From positions 39,791 through 103,790 of the forward strand of contig CAVOVO010000028.1 in NCBI GenBank assembly GCA_963699845.1: DNA of 64,000 nt, read 5' to 3'. The stretch comes from an uncultured delta proteobacterium. GTDB taxonomy: Bacteria; Desulfobacterota; DSM-4660; Desulfatiglandales; Desulfatiglandaceae. The position numbers were made by a program, and so were the translations under genes. Below are positions 11,126 to 23,222 of this stretch, piece by piece (the stretch's first letter is position 1; each line of letters starts with the position of its first letter). A model generated the notes under the pieces. The model had not been told where the DNA came from, searched no databases, and worked only from the letters and a program-made list of their open reading frames with translations.

Positions 11126-13110
11126 TCCTCCGTTTTATCTACGACCCCAAGGCCATCCTCGCCCTTGCGGCGGGGATGGCCTTTTTTGGGGCCGGATGTC
11201 AACCCAAGGTCACCGTCAAAACGGAACCCCCCGCCGTCACGCAGCAGGAGGCAGGCCCCTTTGCCCAGGCCGAGGCCCTGTGGAACCGGGGAGATACGGA
11301 TCAGGCACTGGCGCTATACCATGCCTATCTGGAGCAGGGACCGCGGGACGATCGTTATGCCGTGGCCCTTTTTCGCTCTGCCCAGATCAATTTCCAGCAG
11401 GGCCGCGAGGACGAGGCGTTGGCTCAATGGGAGACCCTGAAGGCGGCGTTTCCCGATTTTCCTCAGATGGACCAGGTGCGCTACCGCATCGCCGATCTCC
11501 TTCAGCGCAAGGGCCGGCATCGATCCGCGGTGGACGAGGCCGTTTCCTGGCTGGGCGATTACCCTTCGCACCCCTTAAGGAAAGAGGTCCTTCTCATTGC
11601 GGCGAACGCCGAGCTGGCGCTCGAAAGACGCAAAGAGGCCTTTTCCTTTCTGCTCACAGCCAGGGATGATTTTCCCGAGGACAGCGCCCTGCAGACGGAG
11701 CTCTCAGAACGGTTGCTCAGCGTTGTGCGGGAAAGCGAGCCAAAGGAGCTGGAGGAAATGGCCCGGATGGCTGCCGGTGAGGCCCTGCTTCCCGAAATTT
11801 ATCTTCGAATGGCGCGCCTCTATCTGGAAAAGGGGGATCTGGACGCGGCCCGAAGGGCGGCCATGTCCCTGGTCCGCGCCACACCGGAGACCGCCTACGT
11901 GTTGGAAGGGCGACGCATCCTTGAGGCGGTTGAATCCGAGCGTTCCGTTGATAAGCGCGCAATCGGCTGCCTCTTGCCCCTTACCGGCCCCTTTGCCATT
12001 TATGGGCAGGAAGTCCTCAACGGTATGGCCCTGGGCATGGGCCTCTTTGGTGATACCCCCCCCGCCGTGGGGCTGGAGCTTCTCATTCGGGACACCCAGG
12101 GAGAACCGGAGAAGACCGTGGCTGCGCTGGAGGAATTGGTCGGTTCGGAGAAGGTCATCGCCGTGGTCGGGCCACTTGCCAGCAAGAGCGCAACTGCCGC
12201 CGCGAATCGGGCTCAGGCTTTGGGGGTTCCTTTGATCACCCTGACGCAGAAGGAATCGGTCACGCTGGACGGGGACATGGTGTTTCGCAATTTTCCGACT
12301 CAAACACGAGAAGTCAAACGTCTCCTTGAATGCGCTGTGGAAGAAATGGGTCTCACGCGTTTTGCCGTCCTCTACCCGGACAACGCCTTCGGCCGCAATC
12401 TCATGGACCTGTTTCTGGCCCAGGCCCAAAAGGTGGGAGGCGTTGTGACCGCGGTCGAACCCTATGATCCGGAGGAAACCGACTTCGCCGAACAGATAAA
12501 TAGAATGACCGGGCGACATGGCCTTTCATCGGGTGGCGGTCTTTCAAAAATGAGGGAGAGGTGGTCTCCGGAAATGGAGGAACGCAGGATTTACCCGGAG
12601 GAACCGGAACCGATCATCCCTTTCGATGCCGTTTTCATTCCCGATCATGTTCAACGGGTGGTTATGATCGCCCCGCAGTTGCTGTATCACGATGTCCGTG
12701 ACGTTTTGCTCATGGGCACGAGTCTTTGGCACTCGCCTGAGCTGGTTCAGGAGGCCGGGGACTATGTCCAGGGCGCTATTTTCACCACCGGTTTTTTCAG
12801 CGGGTTGGATGACCCAAAGGTGGAACGGTTTGTCCGCGATTACACGGAGGCCTTTGGTGCGACGCCGGGCCTGCTGGCTGCCACAGGCTACGATACCATC
12901 CATCTCCTGATCGAGCTGATGTCAACCAGCGAGATCCGAACGAGGAAGGGGCTTCAGTGGGCGCTTTTCGATTGCCGGGGCATTAAGGGCGTCACAGGAG
13001 ACCTCTCTTTTGACGCCGAGGGCGAAGTCACAAAGGGCCCTTTGGTTCTCAGGGTTTCAGGGCAGAAATTTGTACCCTATCCTCCCGCCCTTATTGATAC
13101 AAGACAATAG
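11122..13110 (+). CDS. LpoA/LppC-like lipoprotein: N-terminal TPR-like region + type-1 periplasmic-binding-fold domain
   Basis: Lipobox-like FFGAGC near the N-terminus and TPR-like helices. The C-terminal half ([33 protein letters not shown]) resembles the Leu/Ile/Val-binding fold. The GTG start overlaps the dnaK stop (GTGA). Confidence 0.7.
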   Translation: MILRFIYDPKAILALAAGMAFFGAGCQPKVTVKTEPPAVTQQEAGPFAQAEALWNRGDTDQALALYHAYLEQGPRDDRYAVALFRSAQINFQQGREDEALAQWETLKAAFPDFPQMDQVRYRIADLLQRKGRHRSAVDEAVSWLGDYPSHPLRKEVLLIAANAELALERRKEAFSFLLTARDDFPEDSALQTELSERLLSVVRESEPKELEEMARMAAGEALLPEIYLRMARLYLEKGDLDAARRAAMSLVRATPETAYVLEGRRILEAVESERSVDKRAIGCLLPLTGPFAIYGQEVLNGMALGMGLFGDTPPAVGLELLIRDTQGEPEKTVAALEELVGSEKVIAVVGPLASKSATAAANRAQALGVPLITLTQKESVTLDGDMVFRNFPTQTREVKRLLECAVEEMGLTRFAVLYPDNAFGRNLMDLFLAQAQKVGGVVTAVEPYDPEETDFAEQINRMTGRHGLSSGGGLSKMRERWSPEMEERRIYPEEPEPIIPFDAVFIPDHVQRVVMIAPQLLYHDVRDVLLMGTSLWHSPELVQEAGDYVQGAIFTTGFFSGLDDPKVERFVRDYTEAFGATPGLLAATGYDTIHLLIELMSTSEIRTRKGLQWALFDCRGIKGVTGDLSFDAEGEVTKGPLVLRVSGQKFVPYPPALIDTRQ

Positions 13111-13184
13111 GGCCCGGACCAAGCCGGCCGATCACAGATCCCCTTAAGCCTGCCAAAGCAGGGGTTGACGCCGGCGCGCGGCCA

Positions 13185-13970
13185 TCATTTTTCCTCCGCG
13201 GCCCCGGTCTCACCCGCTTCGGCTTCAACCTTTTCCTTCTTCTTTTTGGCGGCAAATTTCGCAACGAAGATACTGAATTCGTAAAGAATCATGAGGGGAA
13301 CGGCCATCATGAACTGGGTGAGCACGTCGGGCGGCGTCAGGATGGCCCCCACCACAAAGGTCATCAAGAGGGCATACTTCCTCTGTCGTCTCATGCCCTG
13401 CGCGGTGACCAGCCCCATTTTTGAGAGGAAGAACACGACCACGGGCATCTCGAAGACCAGCCCAAAGGCGAAGAGCAATTTGGTGGAAAAAGAAAAATAC
13501 TCCTTCACGGAAGGAAGGGCCTGAACGTACTCGTTGGTGTATCCCATGAGGAATTTGAACCCAAACGGGAAGACGATGAAATAACCGAACAGGGCGCCTG
13601 CCGTGAAAAGGAAAGAAGAACAGGCCACGAAAGGGATCACAAAGCGCTGTTCGTGCTGGTAAAGGCCCGGTGCGATGAACATCCAGAGCTCGTAGAAGAT
13701 GACCGGTGTGGCGGCCAGGATGCCCGCAATGAGGGAGACCTTCAGGTAGGTGATGAACATCTCGGGCAGGTTGGTGAAGATGAGGCGGTCGCCTTCAGGC
13801 ATCACCTCCTTGAGGGGAATGACAAGGAGCCTGAATAGGTCTTCCTTGAAGAAGTAGGCAACGAAAAAGGCGCATCCGACGCCAATGGCGCAAACGATGA
13901 GCCGCTTTCGAAGCTCTTCCAAATGACTCAGGAAAGGTTGTTTTTCTTCATTTCCGATCTGCTTTGCCAT
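13185..13970 (-). CDS. tatC: twin-arginine translocase subunit TatC (longest frame starts at 14057)
   Basis: [19 protein letters not shown].. with the multi-TM TatC pattern. Start taken at [12 protein letters not shown]. Confidence 0.9.
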   Translation of the reverse strand: MAKQIGNEEKQPFLSHLEELRKRLIVCAIGVGCAFFVAYFFKEDLFRLLVIPLKEVMPEGDRLIFTNLPEMFITYLKVSLIAGILAATPVIFYELWMFIAPGLYQHEQRFVIPFVACSSFLFTAGALFGYFIVFPFGFKFLMGYTNEYVQALPSVKEYFSFSTKLLFAFGLVFEMPVVVFFLSKMGLVTAQGMRRQRKYALLMTFVVGAILTPPDVLTQFMMAVPLMILYEFSIFVAKFAAKKKKEKVEAEAGETGAAEEK

Positions 13971-14361
13971 CAACCTGCATCTCCTTGGCCTCGACTGAAG
14001 GCTCTGTTTCCGTCTCCCGCCCGTCTGACGACGGTTTACTGCCTTCGTAATCCGCAAGCATCTCTTCGAAGTCCCCGTATTTTGGTTTCTTCTCTTCCGA
14101 AGGGGGTCTGGGCGCCGTGTCGGGCTGCACGTAGGCCTTGGCAGCCTTGTCCAGCCCGGAGATGGAGTCCGTTATGTCCTTCTTGACCTCTCTCAGCTCG
14201 TGATCCAGGTCCAGGCTTTCTTTGATCTCTTGAGTGGCCTTGCGGAACTCAGCCAGGCCTCTGCCGATGGCCTTGGCAAGATCGGGCAGCTTGCTGGGGC
14301 CGATCACGATCAAGGCAATGACCAGGACGATCATGATTTCAGGCATGCTGACGCCAAACAT
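13948..14361 (-). CDS. tatB: TatA/B-family translocase subunit, TatB-like
   Basis: [42 protein letters not shown] (TM helix, GP hinge, amphipathic helix), 137 aa. Confidence 0.8.
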   Translation of the reverse strand: MFGVSMPEIMIVLVIALIVIGPSKLPDLAKAIGRGLAEFRKATQEIKESLDLDHELREVKKDITDSISGLDKAAKAYVQPDTAPRPPSEEKKPKYGDFEEMLADYEGSKPSSDGRETETEPSVEAKEMQVDGKADRK

Positions 14362-14415
14362 ACGAACCTCCAGGTCTTGCGCCTCCTCACCCGTTTCTTA
14401 AATGAGGATTCGCGG

Positions 14416-14880
14416 TTAAAGCTCAATCATCAGGGCGTTTTCATCACACTGCGGGAATTTTGGGCACTTAAGGCAATCCCCCCAGATCTTATGCGGTAAC
14501 ACCGACTTGTCCACTTCCTGAAACCCCATATGAAGAAAAAAGCCCGGTACGTAAGTCAGGGCAAAAATCCGTTTGACGCCCAAGGTCTTGGCCTCCTTCA
14601 AGCAGGCCTTCACAAGCTTGGTGCCATAACCCTTTCCGCACACAGCCTCGGATACGGCCAGGGACCTTATTTCAGCCAGGTCCTCCCAGCAGATGCCAAG
14701 TCCGCAAACGCCTGCGACGCGGTGTGGTTCCCCGGTTGCGTCATCGAGGACGAAGTAACCCCTCACGTGATCATAGAGCTCGCTCAAGGACCTGGGCAAC
14801 AGGAGCTTCTGCTCGGCATAATGATTGAGGAGCTGATGAATGGCCTTTACGTCAGCGATGACGGCTTTTCTGATACGCAT
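14416..14880 (-). CDS. GNAT N-acetyltransferase, short ArgA-like (amino-acid N-acetyltransferase type)
   Basis: EIRSLAVSEAVCGKGYGTKLV (acetyl-CoA site) and C-terminal KIWGDCLKCPKFPQCDE. Start at MRIRKAVIADV (ATG 14878-14880). Confidence 0.8.
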   Translation of the reverse strand: MRIRKAVIADVKAIHQLLNHYAEQKLLLPRSLSELYDHVRGYFVLDDATGEPHRVAGVCGLGICWEDLAEIRSLAVSEAVCGKGYGTKLVKACLKEAKTLGVKRIFALTYVPGFFLHMGFQEVDKSVLPHKIWGDCLKCPKFPQCDENALMIEL

Positions 14881-14887
14881 GGGTGAA

Positions 14888-15517
14888 TCACCCCTCCACT
14901 CTGGACACGATCGCCTGGATGCCCTCCCGCTTGGCAATCTCTGCCGCATGGGCCTTAGCCTTTGCCTCTGTCTCGAATTTTCCGCTTCTGACCCTGTAGA
15001 GGAGCTTACCTCTTGTGTGGGTCTGCACGACATAAGCGGGATATCCCTTCTTTTTTAACCGCTCCATCAACCTGGCCGCACCCACCTCGCTGGTCCCAGC
15101 GGAGAGCTGGACCGTGAAACCGTAACGGTTTGTCTCAGGCGCGGCGGGGGGAGGGACCGGTTCGACCTTAGGCGCCTTTTTTGCGACCGGTTGTTCCGCC
15201 CGCATGGAGGCCTCTTCAGTTTTCTTTTCGAGCCTTTCGAAAAAGGCAAACTGAGGGGGTTCTTCTTTTGCGATCGAGATCGGCAGGCCCTGGGAACCGG
15301 CTTCGTCTGTCCCTCTTATCCCTTGGATCTTGCCCCTCAGCTTTGAAATGGCCTTGATCCCGTCAGGCAAGTCACCCCGCCCCACAAAGACACCCAGTAT
15401 GAAGCTCCACGAAAGAACCACCAGAAAACCAAAGGCCCAGAAGAAAAGGGCAGGAAGGGAGAACTGGAAGATGACCTTCCTTCTTTCCTTCTCAGGGGTG
15501 GTTTTCCGGTTGGCCAT
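14888..15517 (-). CDS. SPOR-domain (peptidoglycan-binding, FtsN-like) membrane protein
   Basis: N-terminal TM segment. C-terminal SPOR pattern YGFTVQLSAGTSEVGAARLMERLKKKGYPAYVV..LYRVRSGKFETEAKAKA. Confidence 0.8.
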   Translation of the reverse strand: MANRKTTPEKERRKVIFQFSLPALFFWAFGFLVVLSWSFILGVFVGRGDLPDGIKAISKLRGKIQGIRGTDEAGSQGLPISIAKEEPPQFAFFERLEKKTEEASMRAEQPVAKKAPKVEPVPPPAAPETNRYGFTVQLSAGTSEVGAARLMERLKKKGYPAYVVQTHTRGKLLYRVRSGKFETEAKAKAHAAEIAKREGIQAIVSRVEG

Positions 15518-15533
15518 GTCTCGTCCGCCCGCG

Positions 15534-17210
15534 CTACATCTTTTCAGGGGCCGTAACCCCCAGCAGCCTCAGTCCATTGGCAATGACGATTCTTACCGCC
15601 TCGGCCAGGCAAAGCCGGGCCTGGGTGACAAGCGGGTCTTGGGCGACGACCCGGTACTGCGGGGTTTTTGTCCCGAGGTTGAAATACCTGTGAAACAAGG
15701 CCGCCACCTGGGCCAGGTAATAGGTGAGACGGTGCGGTTCCAAGGCGGCAGAGATCTCTTCAAGCAGGGCGGGAAATTCCGTCAGCAACCGGGTGAGCGC
15801 CATTTCCTCATCCAACGCCAGGTGCCTGAAAAGGGCGAGGGTCGGCTCCGGCCGAGCAACGTTTTCCTCCTCTGCCTTTCTGAATATGCTGGATATCCTG
15901 GCGTGGGCGTACTGAACATAGTAGACCGGATTGTCGCTGTCCTGCCGCTTGACGAGGTCGATGTCGATGTCGAGCGGGGAGTCGTGGTGCTTGGTCAGAA
16001 ACACAAATCGGGCCGCGTCCACCCCCACTTCGTCCAGCAATTCCCTGAGGGTGACGAAGTTGCCTGCCCGTTTGGACATCTTCACTTCCTGCCCTCCCCG
16101 CCAGAGCTTCACCAGTTGGATGAGCATGACGGAGAGCCATCCATCGGGCACATCCTTGGCCCGGAGGGCTGCTTTTATTCTGGGGATATAGCCGTGATGG
16201 TCAGCCCCCCACACGTCGATGGATCTCGTGAACCCCCTTCGCCATTTCTCCAGGTGATAGGAGATGTCCGACGCGAAGTAGGTGAAATGGCCATCCTTTT
16301 TGCGGATGACTCGGTCTTTGTCGTCTCCGAAGGCCGACGTCCGGACCCACAGGGCCCCCTCCTCTTCGTAGAGATGCCCGGCCCGCTTCAGCTCGATCAG
16401 GGTCTCTTCCAGCAATCCGGAGCGGTGGAGCTCGTTTTCGCTGTACCACACGTCAAAGGACACCTTGAAATCCTGAAGATCCGCCTGGATCTCCCTCAGC
16501 ATTATCTCCTTGCCCGCCTGGGCACACTCAGGGACGGCCTCTTCATCCGAGAGGGACTTCAGGGAGAGATCCTCGACCAGGACCTTGGCCAAGTCAACCA
16601 CATATTGCCCATGGTAGCCCTGCTCGGGGAAGGGATAGTGCGGGTCCTGCAACTGGCGCATCCGGCTCAGAATGGATTCCCCAAGAAGCCTCACCTGTCG
16701 GCCTGCGTCATTGATGTAGAATTCACGAACCACGTCATGCCCGCAAAAGGTAAGGATTCTGCAGAGGGTGTCTCCCAGTGCGGCCCCCCTGCCGTGGCCC
16801 AGGTGAAGCGGGCCTGTGGGATTTGCACTGACGAATTCCACCAGGATGTTCTCGCCCTTCCCCATGTCGCTTCGGCCGTAGCTTTCCGCCAAGCTCAGGA
16901 TTTCCAAAAGGGACAGGTGCCACTGGCGGGGGGTGATCCGGAAATTAATGAAGCCGGGTCCCGCGATCTTGACTGTTTCAAAAAAACCCTCGTCGTCTTT
17001 CAAGTGATCCAGGAGGACTTTGGCGATCTCCTTGGGGTTTCGTTTTTGGCTGGATGCCAGGGTCATCGGCAGGTTGGTTGCGAAGTGGCCGTGCTCGGGG
17101 TTGTTGGGGATTTCAATGACATAGTCGGGCACGGGGGTGTGGGAAAGCAGGCCGTCTGCCATGCATTGAGAGGTTGTCGCTTTCAAGAGCGCGTGGAGTT
17201 TCTTTTTCAT
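15534..17210 (-). CDS. argS: arginine--tRNA ligase
   Basis: SANPTGPLHLGHGRGAALGD (HIGH region) and KMSKRAGNFVTLRELLDEVG (KMSK). 558 aa. Confidence 0.95.
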   Translation of the reverse strand: MKKKLHALLKATTSQCMADGLLSHTPVPDYVIEIPNNPEHGHFATNLPMTLASSQKRNPKEIAKVLLDHLKDDEGFFETVKIAGPGFINFRITPRQWHLSLLEILSLAESYGRSDMGKGENILVEFVSANPTGPLHLGHGRGAALGDTLCRILTFCGHDVVREFYINDAGRQVRLLGESILSRMRQLQDPHYPFPEQGYHGQYVVDLAKVLVEDLSLKSLSDEEAVPECAQAGKEIMLREIQADLQDFKVSFDVWYSENELHRSGLLEETLIELKRAGHLYEEEGALWVRTSAFGDDKDRVIRKKDGHFTYFASDISYHLEKWRRGFTRSIDVWGADHHGYIPRIKAALRAKDVPDGWLSVMLIQLVKLWRGGQEVKMSKRAGNFVTLRELLDEVGVDAARFVFLTKHHDSPLDIDIDLVKRQDSDNPVYYVQYAHARISSIFRKAEEENVARPEPTLALFRHLALDEEMALTRLLTEFPALLEEISAALEPHRLTYYLAQVAALFHRYFNLGTKTPQYRVVAQDPLVTQARLCLAEAVRIVIANGLRLLGVTAPEKM

Positions 17211-18328
17211 GAGCGGTATTCTCTGTAATTCCTGGGTCCCAAAGCGCAGAAAATTTCGTATGAAATGGTCCCGGCCCAGTTGGCGATCTCATCTCCCGTG
17301 ATGGCCTCGTTTCCCTGCGTGCCAAGAAACACCACTTCCTGACCCGGCTCAACGCCCCCAATGGCGGTTACGTCGCACATCGTGAGATTCATGCAGATCC
17401 GGCCGAGGACAGAAGCCCGTTTTCCGCCGATCACTATCTGGCCCTGCCCGGCCATTGCCCTGGGAAGCCCGTCACCATAGCCGGCCGAGACCACCGCCAC
17501 GCGCCGGAGACCCTTTGTGTAATAGGCCCTGCCGTAGCTGATCGGTTGGTCGGCAGCCATCTCTCTCAGTTGCAAGACACGGCCCTTAAAGTGCATGACC
17601 GGTTTGAGCCCCACCGGACACGCAAAGGCCGCCGAAGGGAGCCCGCCATAGAGCATGATTCCCGGACGCACCGTGTCGAAATGGGCGCTGGGAAATCTCA
17701 TGATGCCCGCACTGTTTGCAAGACTGTTTTGCTCCAAATGGGCCCCGATGGCACGTCCGGCCTCAATGGCACCCTTGAAGCGCTGGATCTGAATCAGGGT
17801 GTAATCCTCGCAGGATTCATCCGCTGAGGACAGATGAGAAAAAAGTCCTTTCAGACAGAGCCCTTTCAATTTCAGGATCCTGCGGATGGGGTCTGCCAGC
17901 GCTTCGTGGGGGATCCCCAACCGTCCCATACCGGTATCCACTTTGAGGTGGACCTCAATGGCCCGGTTTCTCTCCCGGCACACCCTTGCAAGCGTCTCTG
18001 CACCTTCCAGGTCAAAGAGAACGGGCGTGAGGTCGTGCTCAACCGCCGCTTCGGCCTCCAGAGATCCCCGGAGTCCGCAGAGGATGACAATCTGCGATGC
18101 GATCCCTTCGGTTCTCAAGGCCATGGCCTCGTGAAGATGGGCCACACCGAGCGCGTCGATTTTGTGGCGCACAAGCGTGCGCGACACGGGGATCAGCCCG
18201 TGACCGTAGGCATCCGACTTTACGATGCCCATGATTTTCGTCCCGGGGCCGACCAGTTGCTTCACCTGATTGAGATTGTCAACCAGTGCGGAAAGATCGA
18301 TCTCCACTTGATTGGGCCGGTTGCTCAT
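17207..18328 (-). CDS. alr: alanine racemase
   Basis: GIVKSDAYGHGL (PLP lysine motif). 373 aa. 4-nt overlap with argS. Confidence 0.93.
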   Translation of the reverse strand: MSNRPNQVEIDLSALVDNLNQVKQLVGPGTKIMGIVKSDAYGHGLIPVSRTLVRHKIDALGVAHLHEAMALRTEGIASQIVILCGLRGSLEAEAAVEHDLTPVLFDLEGAETLARVCRERNRAIEVHLKVDTGMGRLGIPHEALADPIRRILKLKGLCLKGLFSHLSSADESCEDYTLIQIQRFKGAIEAGRAIGAHLEQNSLANSAGIMRFPSAHFDTVRPGIMLYGGLPSAAFACPVGLKPVMHFKGRVLQLREMAADQPISYGRAYYTKGLRRVAVVSAGYGDGLPRAMAGQGQIVIGGKRASVLGRICMNLTMCDVTAIGGVEPGQEVVFLGTQGNEAITGDEIANWAGTISYEIFCALGPRNYREYRS

Positions 18329-18527
18329 GGCGGGATCCTTAATCGAAGAAGCTAACTGATCTTCGGTGATAGATCAAGACCTATCCTCGACCGGACAACG
18401 CCTGCATTGACAGAGCGGGATTACCGGTTGTATGGAGACATAGCTCACGCTGGGCGACGTTTTGGGGGTGGTCCCTGGAGAAACGCGACTGGCCGGTTCA
18501 CGTTAACGGCAAGGGGGATAAGAGGAC

Positions 18528-18713
18528 GTGAGAACTTTTTTCGGTCTTTTGGGGCTCTTGCTCATCGTGGAAGGCTTGCCCTATTTTGCATTCCCAGAGA
18601 GGATGAAGCGATGGATGACCATGATCCAGGGAATGGAGGATGCACATTTGAGGGTGGCAGGGTTTGTGGCCATGGCACTCGGGTTGTTCATCGTCTACAT
18701 TTTCAATGTATGA
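18528..18713 (+). CDS. small membrane protein, DUF2065-like
   Basis: 61 aa with two hydrophobic helices (LLGLLLIVEGLPYFAFPERMKRW ... LRVAGFVAMALGLFIVY), resembling the YjeT/DUF2065 family. Confidence 0.5.
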   Translation: MRTFFGLLGLLLIVEGLPYFAFPERMKRWMTMIQGMEDAHLRVAGFVAMALGLFIVYIFNV

Positions 18714-18783
18714 GGGGAACATGAAATGGTTTGACTTCAAATGCCATCTCGTTTAGCTTAGACCGTTCAAAGTGTTTCAGTCC

Positions 18784-19847
18784 ATGTATCAAATAGAGGA
18801 TTTCGATTATGAGTTGCCGCCGGCATTGATCGCCCAGTGGCCGGCGCCAAATCGGGACAGCTCACGCCTGCTATTCGTGGAACGGGCGAAAAGGCGTCTG
18901 TCCGGGCATGTCTTTTCACGTCTCCCGGCGCTACTGCGCCCCGGGGACACCATCGTCGTCAACGACACCAAAGTGGTCCCGGCGAGGCTGTTTGGACGAA
19001 AGGCAACGGGCGGCCAAATCGAGGTCCTTGTGCTGGAACACCCGCCGGCTCAATCCGACGACGGCAGGAGCCGATGGTGCCTCTTGCGCGCATCCAAGCG
19101 CCCAAAGCGTGGACAATCGCTCATCTTCGGTCCGCACGCAAAGGGTGCCGTGGAGGCGGTGGCTGAAAACGGCCTCGTGCGGATCCGGTTTGAGGGTGAA
19201 AGGCCCGTTGACGGTTTGCTGGAGGAGATGGGGTGTATCCCTCTGCCTCCCTACATCCGGCGCAATGGTGGCCGGCAGGGGGGAGGGATTTCCCGAAGGA
19301 CAGAGAGCGCTACCAGACCGTCTTTTCCACGGTCAAGGGGGCCATTGCCGCACCCACCGCAGGGCTCCACTTCACGGAAGCATTGATTACGCGACTTCGG
19401 GAAGCCGGCATCGACGTTGTCACCGTGACCCTACATGTCGGATACGGGACCTTCCGGCCGGTCCGGGTAAGAGATATCCGGCAGCACGACGTGGGCGAGG
19501 AACCCTATCGGATCAGCGAAGAGACCGCCTCCGCCATACGACGGACCAGGAAGGAAAAAGGGCGGGTGATCGCGGTGGGAACCACGGTCGTAAGGGCACT
19601 GGAGAGTGCTGCCCTTGAAGACGGCACGATCGTCCCCGTGGAAGGAAAGACCAATCTGCTGGTGACCCCCGGCTACGGCTTCAAGGTGATCCAGGGGCTG
19701 ATCACCAATTTTCACCTGCCGAGGAGCTCCCTGCTTTTTCTGGTCTCTGCCTTCGCAGGTCTGGATGTGATCCGAGAGGCCTACGCGCTGGCGATCAGGG
19801 ATCGCTACCGTTTTTACAGTTACGGGGACGCGATGTTGATTCTGTGA
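18784..19847 (+). pseudogene. queA: S-adenosylmethionine:tRNA ribosyltransferase-isomerase QueA, frame broken in a G-run at 19278-19283
   Basis: ORF 18772..19386 carries DFDYELPPALIAQ..PLPPYIRR. ORF 19233..19847 continues in the -1 frame with DRERYQTVFS..AAPTAGLHFT..VTLHVGYGTFRPV..AVGTTVVRALES. Confidence 0.85.
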
Positions 19848-19952
19848 GGATTTGGAGTAATGGAGAGATGGAGTACTGGAGTGATTTGTTTTGTCGTTGA
19901 CATTCAAGACCAACACTCCAATACTCCGTTTTTCGATTCTTGGCGGGTATGA

Positions 19953-21077
<1,125 letters not shown>

Positions 21078-21180
21078 AGCATGACGTGGCCCCGACCGAG
21101 GAAAGAACACCTGTCGGGCTCGCTTGAAAAACGCGTTTATACATAAGGGGCATTGAAATCGAACAGAGGGAGGTTTTTAG

Positions 21181-21507
21181 ATGGATTCTTTGGCGTATGC
21201 GTTGGGGACCGGTGGCACAGGGGGTGGAGGAGGACAGGGTTCCTCATTTACTGCTTTCATCCCTCTTATACTCATGTTCGCCATATTCTACTTTCTGCTG
21301 ATCAGACCGCAGCAGAAAAAGGCCAAGGCGCACAAGGAAACCCTTTCGACCATCAAGAAAGGCGACCAGATAGTGAGCTCGGGTGGGCTTCATGGGGTGA
21401 TCACAGGGCTGACGGACGACATTGTCACCATTGAGATCGCGCCCAAAGTGCGGGTAAAGATATCCAGAGGGTCGGTTGCGGGTGTGCTCAAGCGGTCCCA
21501 GGAGTAA
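21181..21507 (+). CDS. yajC: preprotein translocase subunit YajC
   Basis: FIPLILMFAIFYFLLIRPQQKKAK..IKKGDQIVSSGGLHGVITGL. Confidence 0.9.
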   Translation: MDSLAYALGTGGTGGGGGQGSSFTAFIPLILMFAIFYFLLIRPQQKKAKAHKETLSTIKKGDQIVSSGGLHGVITGLTDDIVTIEIAPKVRVKISRGSVAGVLKRSQE

Positions 21508-21600
21508 ACAAAAACAATTTCGCAGCGGTCGAGCGGAGCGGCAGGGAAGACTGTCCTTTGAACGGCGGCGGCGATCTGCAGACTAGAGGAGAATCGGACC

Positions 21601-23199
21601 TTGAAAAGGCTCAGCTGGCGAGTTGCCATTGTGGCGTTGGCCGTGTTTGTCGGCCTGATATACCTGACGCCTTCTCTCACAAGCGATCTCCCGTCGTGGT
21701 GGTCCAACATTTTGCCCCGGGACAAAATCCATCTGGGTTTGGACCTCCAGGGGGGGACGCACCTTTTGCTGGAAGTTGAAGCCATCAAGGCGGTTGAGAG
21801 CAATATCGAGCTGTTTGTGGAGGAGCTTCGGCAGGATCTCCGGAAAAACCACATCCGATATCAGGAGCTCAAACGAGAAGGCAGCGACCGCGTTCTATTG
21901 AGGCTCATGGATGAGAAGGACCTGGAACGGTTTAAGACCGAAGTGGCGAATAATTATCCGGATTACACGTTAGAACCGGTAAGAACCCAAGGCGAAGGAT
22001 ACGGCGTTGAATTGGTCTTGCTTCAAAAGGCCAAGAGCCGGATCATGAAAATGGCCGCGGATCAGGCCCTTGAAACCATACGGAACCGGATCGACCAGTT
22101 CGGCGTGAGCGAGCCGGAGATACGGCCGCAGGAAGGAAACCGGATTCTGGTTCAGCTGCCGGGCATCAAGGACCCGAAGCGGGCCATAGAGTTGATCGGC
22201 AAGACGGCGTTGCTGGAATTCAAGCTGGTGGACGAGGCGCACAGTGTGGAGGACGCGCTCAAGGGGAACATTCCGCCGGGAGATGAGCTCCTTTATCAGG
22301 ACACCATTGATCGGACAACCGGCCGCAGGACCCAGGTTCCGTTTCTCCTGAAGAAACGAACGCTGTTGACGGGCGAGTACATCACGGATGCAAGGGTTCA
22401 GATTGACAATATGTATAACGAGCCCTATGTGTCGCTCACATTCGATGCGAGAGGGGCGAGGCTCTTTGAGCAGATCACGGGAGAAAACATCAAAAAGCGG
22501 TTGGCCATTGTCTTGGACAACAAGGTCAATTCCGCCCCGGTCATTCAGGACAAGATCTCCGGGGGGCGCGCGCAGATTACGGGCCGTTTCACGACGGATG
22601 AGGCGCGGGACCTGGCCATTGTCCTCAGGGCCGGTGCCCTGCCGGCGCCGGTTACGATCCTGGAAGAGCGCACCGTGGGACCGTCTTTGGGGAGAGATTC
22701 AATCGAGATGGGATTCAAATCGGCCGTGATCGGATTCGTCGCCGTGGTTCTGTTCATGGCCGTCTACTATCTCCTTTCCGGCTTGATCGCCGACCTGATG
22801 CTGATCATGAACGTCTTTTTCATTATGGCCGGCCTTGCCTTTTTCGGTGCGACACTGACGTTGCCGGGCATCGCGGGGATCATTCTCACAATCGGTATGG
22901 CCGTGGATGCCAACGTGCTGATCTTTGAGCGCGTCCGGGAGGAATCCCGCCTCGGCAAGACGCCGCGGTCCGCCATCGACGCGGGCTTCGAAAAGGCCCT
23001 TGTGACCATCCTGGATGCCAACATCACGACCTTGATCGCGGCGCTGGTTCTGTTTCAATTCGGCACGGGGCCGGTCAAGGGATTTGCAGTGACGCTCAGC
23101 ATAGGGATTGTCACGAGTGTGTTTACTGCGGTTTTTGTGAGCAGAATTATCTTCGACTACCTTTATGTTCAAAAAAAGATGCGGAAACTGAGCATCTGA
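21601..23199 (+). CDS. secD: protein translocase subunit SecD (TTG start)
   Basis: LGLDLQGGTHLLLEV, RNRIDQFGVSEPEI, and the C-terminal 6-TM region. 532 aa. Confidence 0.95.
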   Translation: MKRLSWRVAIVALAVFVGLIYLTPSLTSDLPSWWSNILPRDKIHLGLDLQGGTHLLLEVEAIKAVESNIELFVEELRQDLRKNHIRYQELKREGSDRVLLRLMDEKDLERFKTEVANNYPDYTLEPVRTQGEGYGVELVLLQKAKSRIMKMAADQALETIRNRIDQFGVSEPEIRPQEGNRILVQLPGIKDPKRAIELIGKTALLEFKLVDEAHSVEDALKGNIPPGDELLYQDTIDRTTGRRTQVPFLLKKRTLLTGEYITDARVQIDNMYNEPYVSLTFDARGARLFEQITGENIKKRLAIVLDNKVNSAPVIQDKISGGRAQITGRFTTDEARDLAIVLRAGALPAPVTILEERTVGPSLGRDSIEMGFKSAVIGFVAVVLFMAVYYLLSGLIADLMLIMNVFFIMAGLAFFGATLTLPGIAGIILTIGMAVDANVLIFERVREESRLGKTPRSAIDAGFEKALVTILDANITTLIAALVLFQFGTGPVKGFAVTLSIGIVTSVFTAVFVSRIIFDYLYVQKKMRKLSI

Positions 23200-23222
23200 C
23201 GTCGTTACACGGGAGCGCGTGC

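Noticed and set aside
15330-17228. Very long ORFs antisense to conserved genes. Examples: 15330..17228 opposite argS, 7258..8307 opposite purC, 6203..7378 opposite the SLT gene, 10019..10987 opposite dnaK, 20091..20948 opposite tgt, 50559..51539 opposite pgi, 56867..58147 opposite the sulfatase, 32440..33267 and 33830..34675 opposite proB/obg.
   Set aside because: Each lies opposite a gene with unmistakable conserved motifs. Their products are Arg/Gly/Pro-rich, low-complexity sequences typical of stop-poor antisense frames in GC-rich DNA. No RBS or motif supports them.
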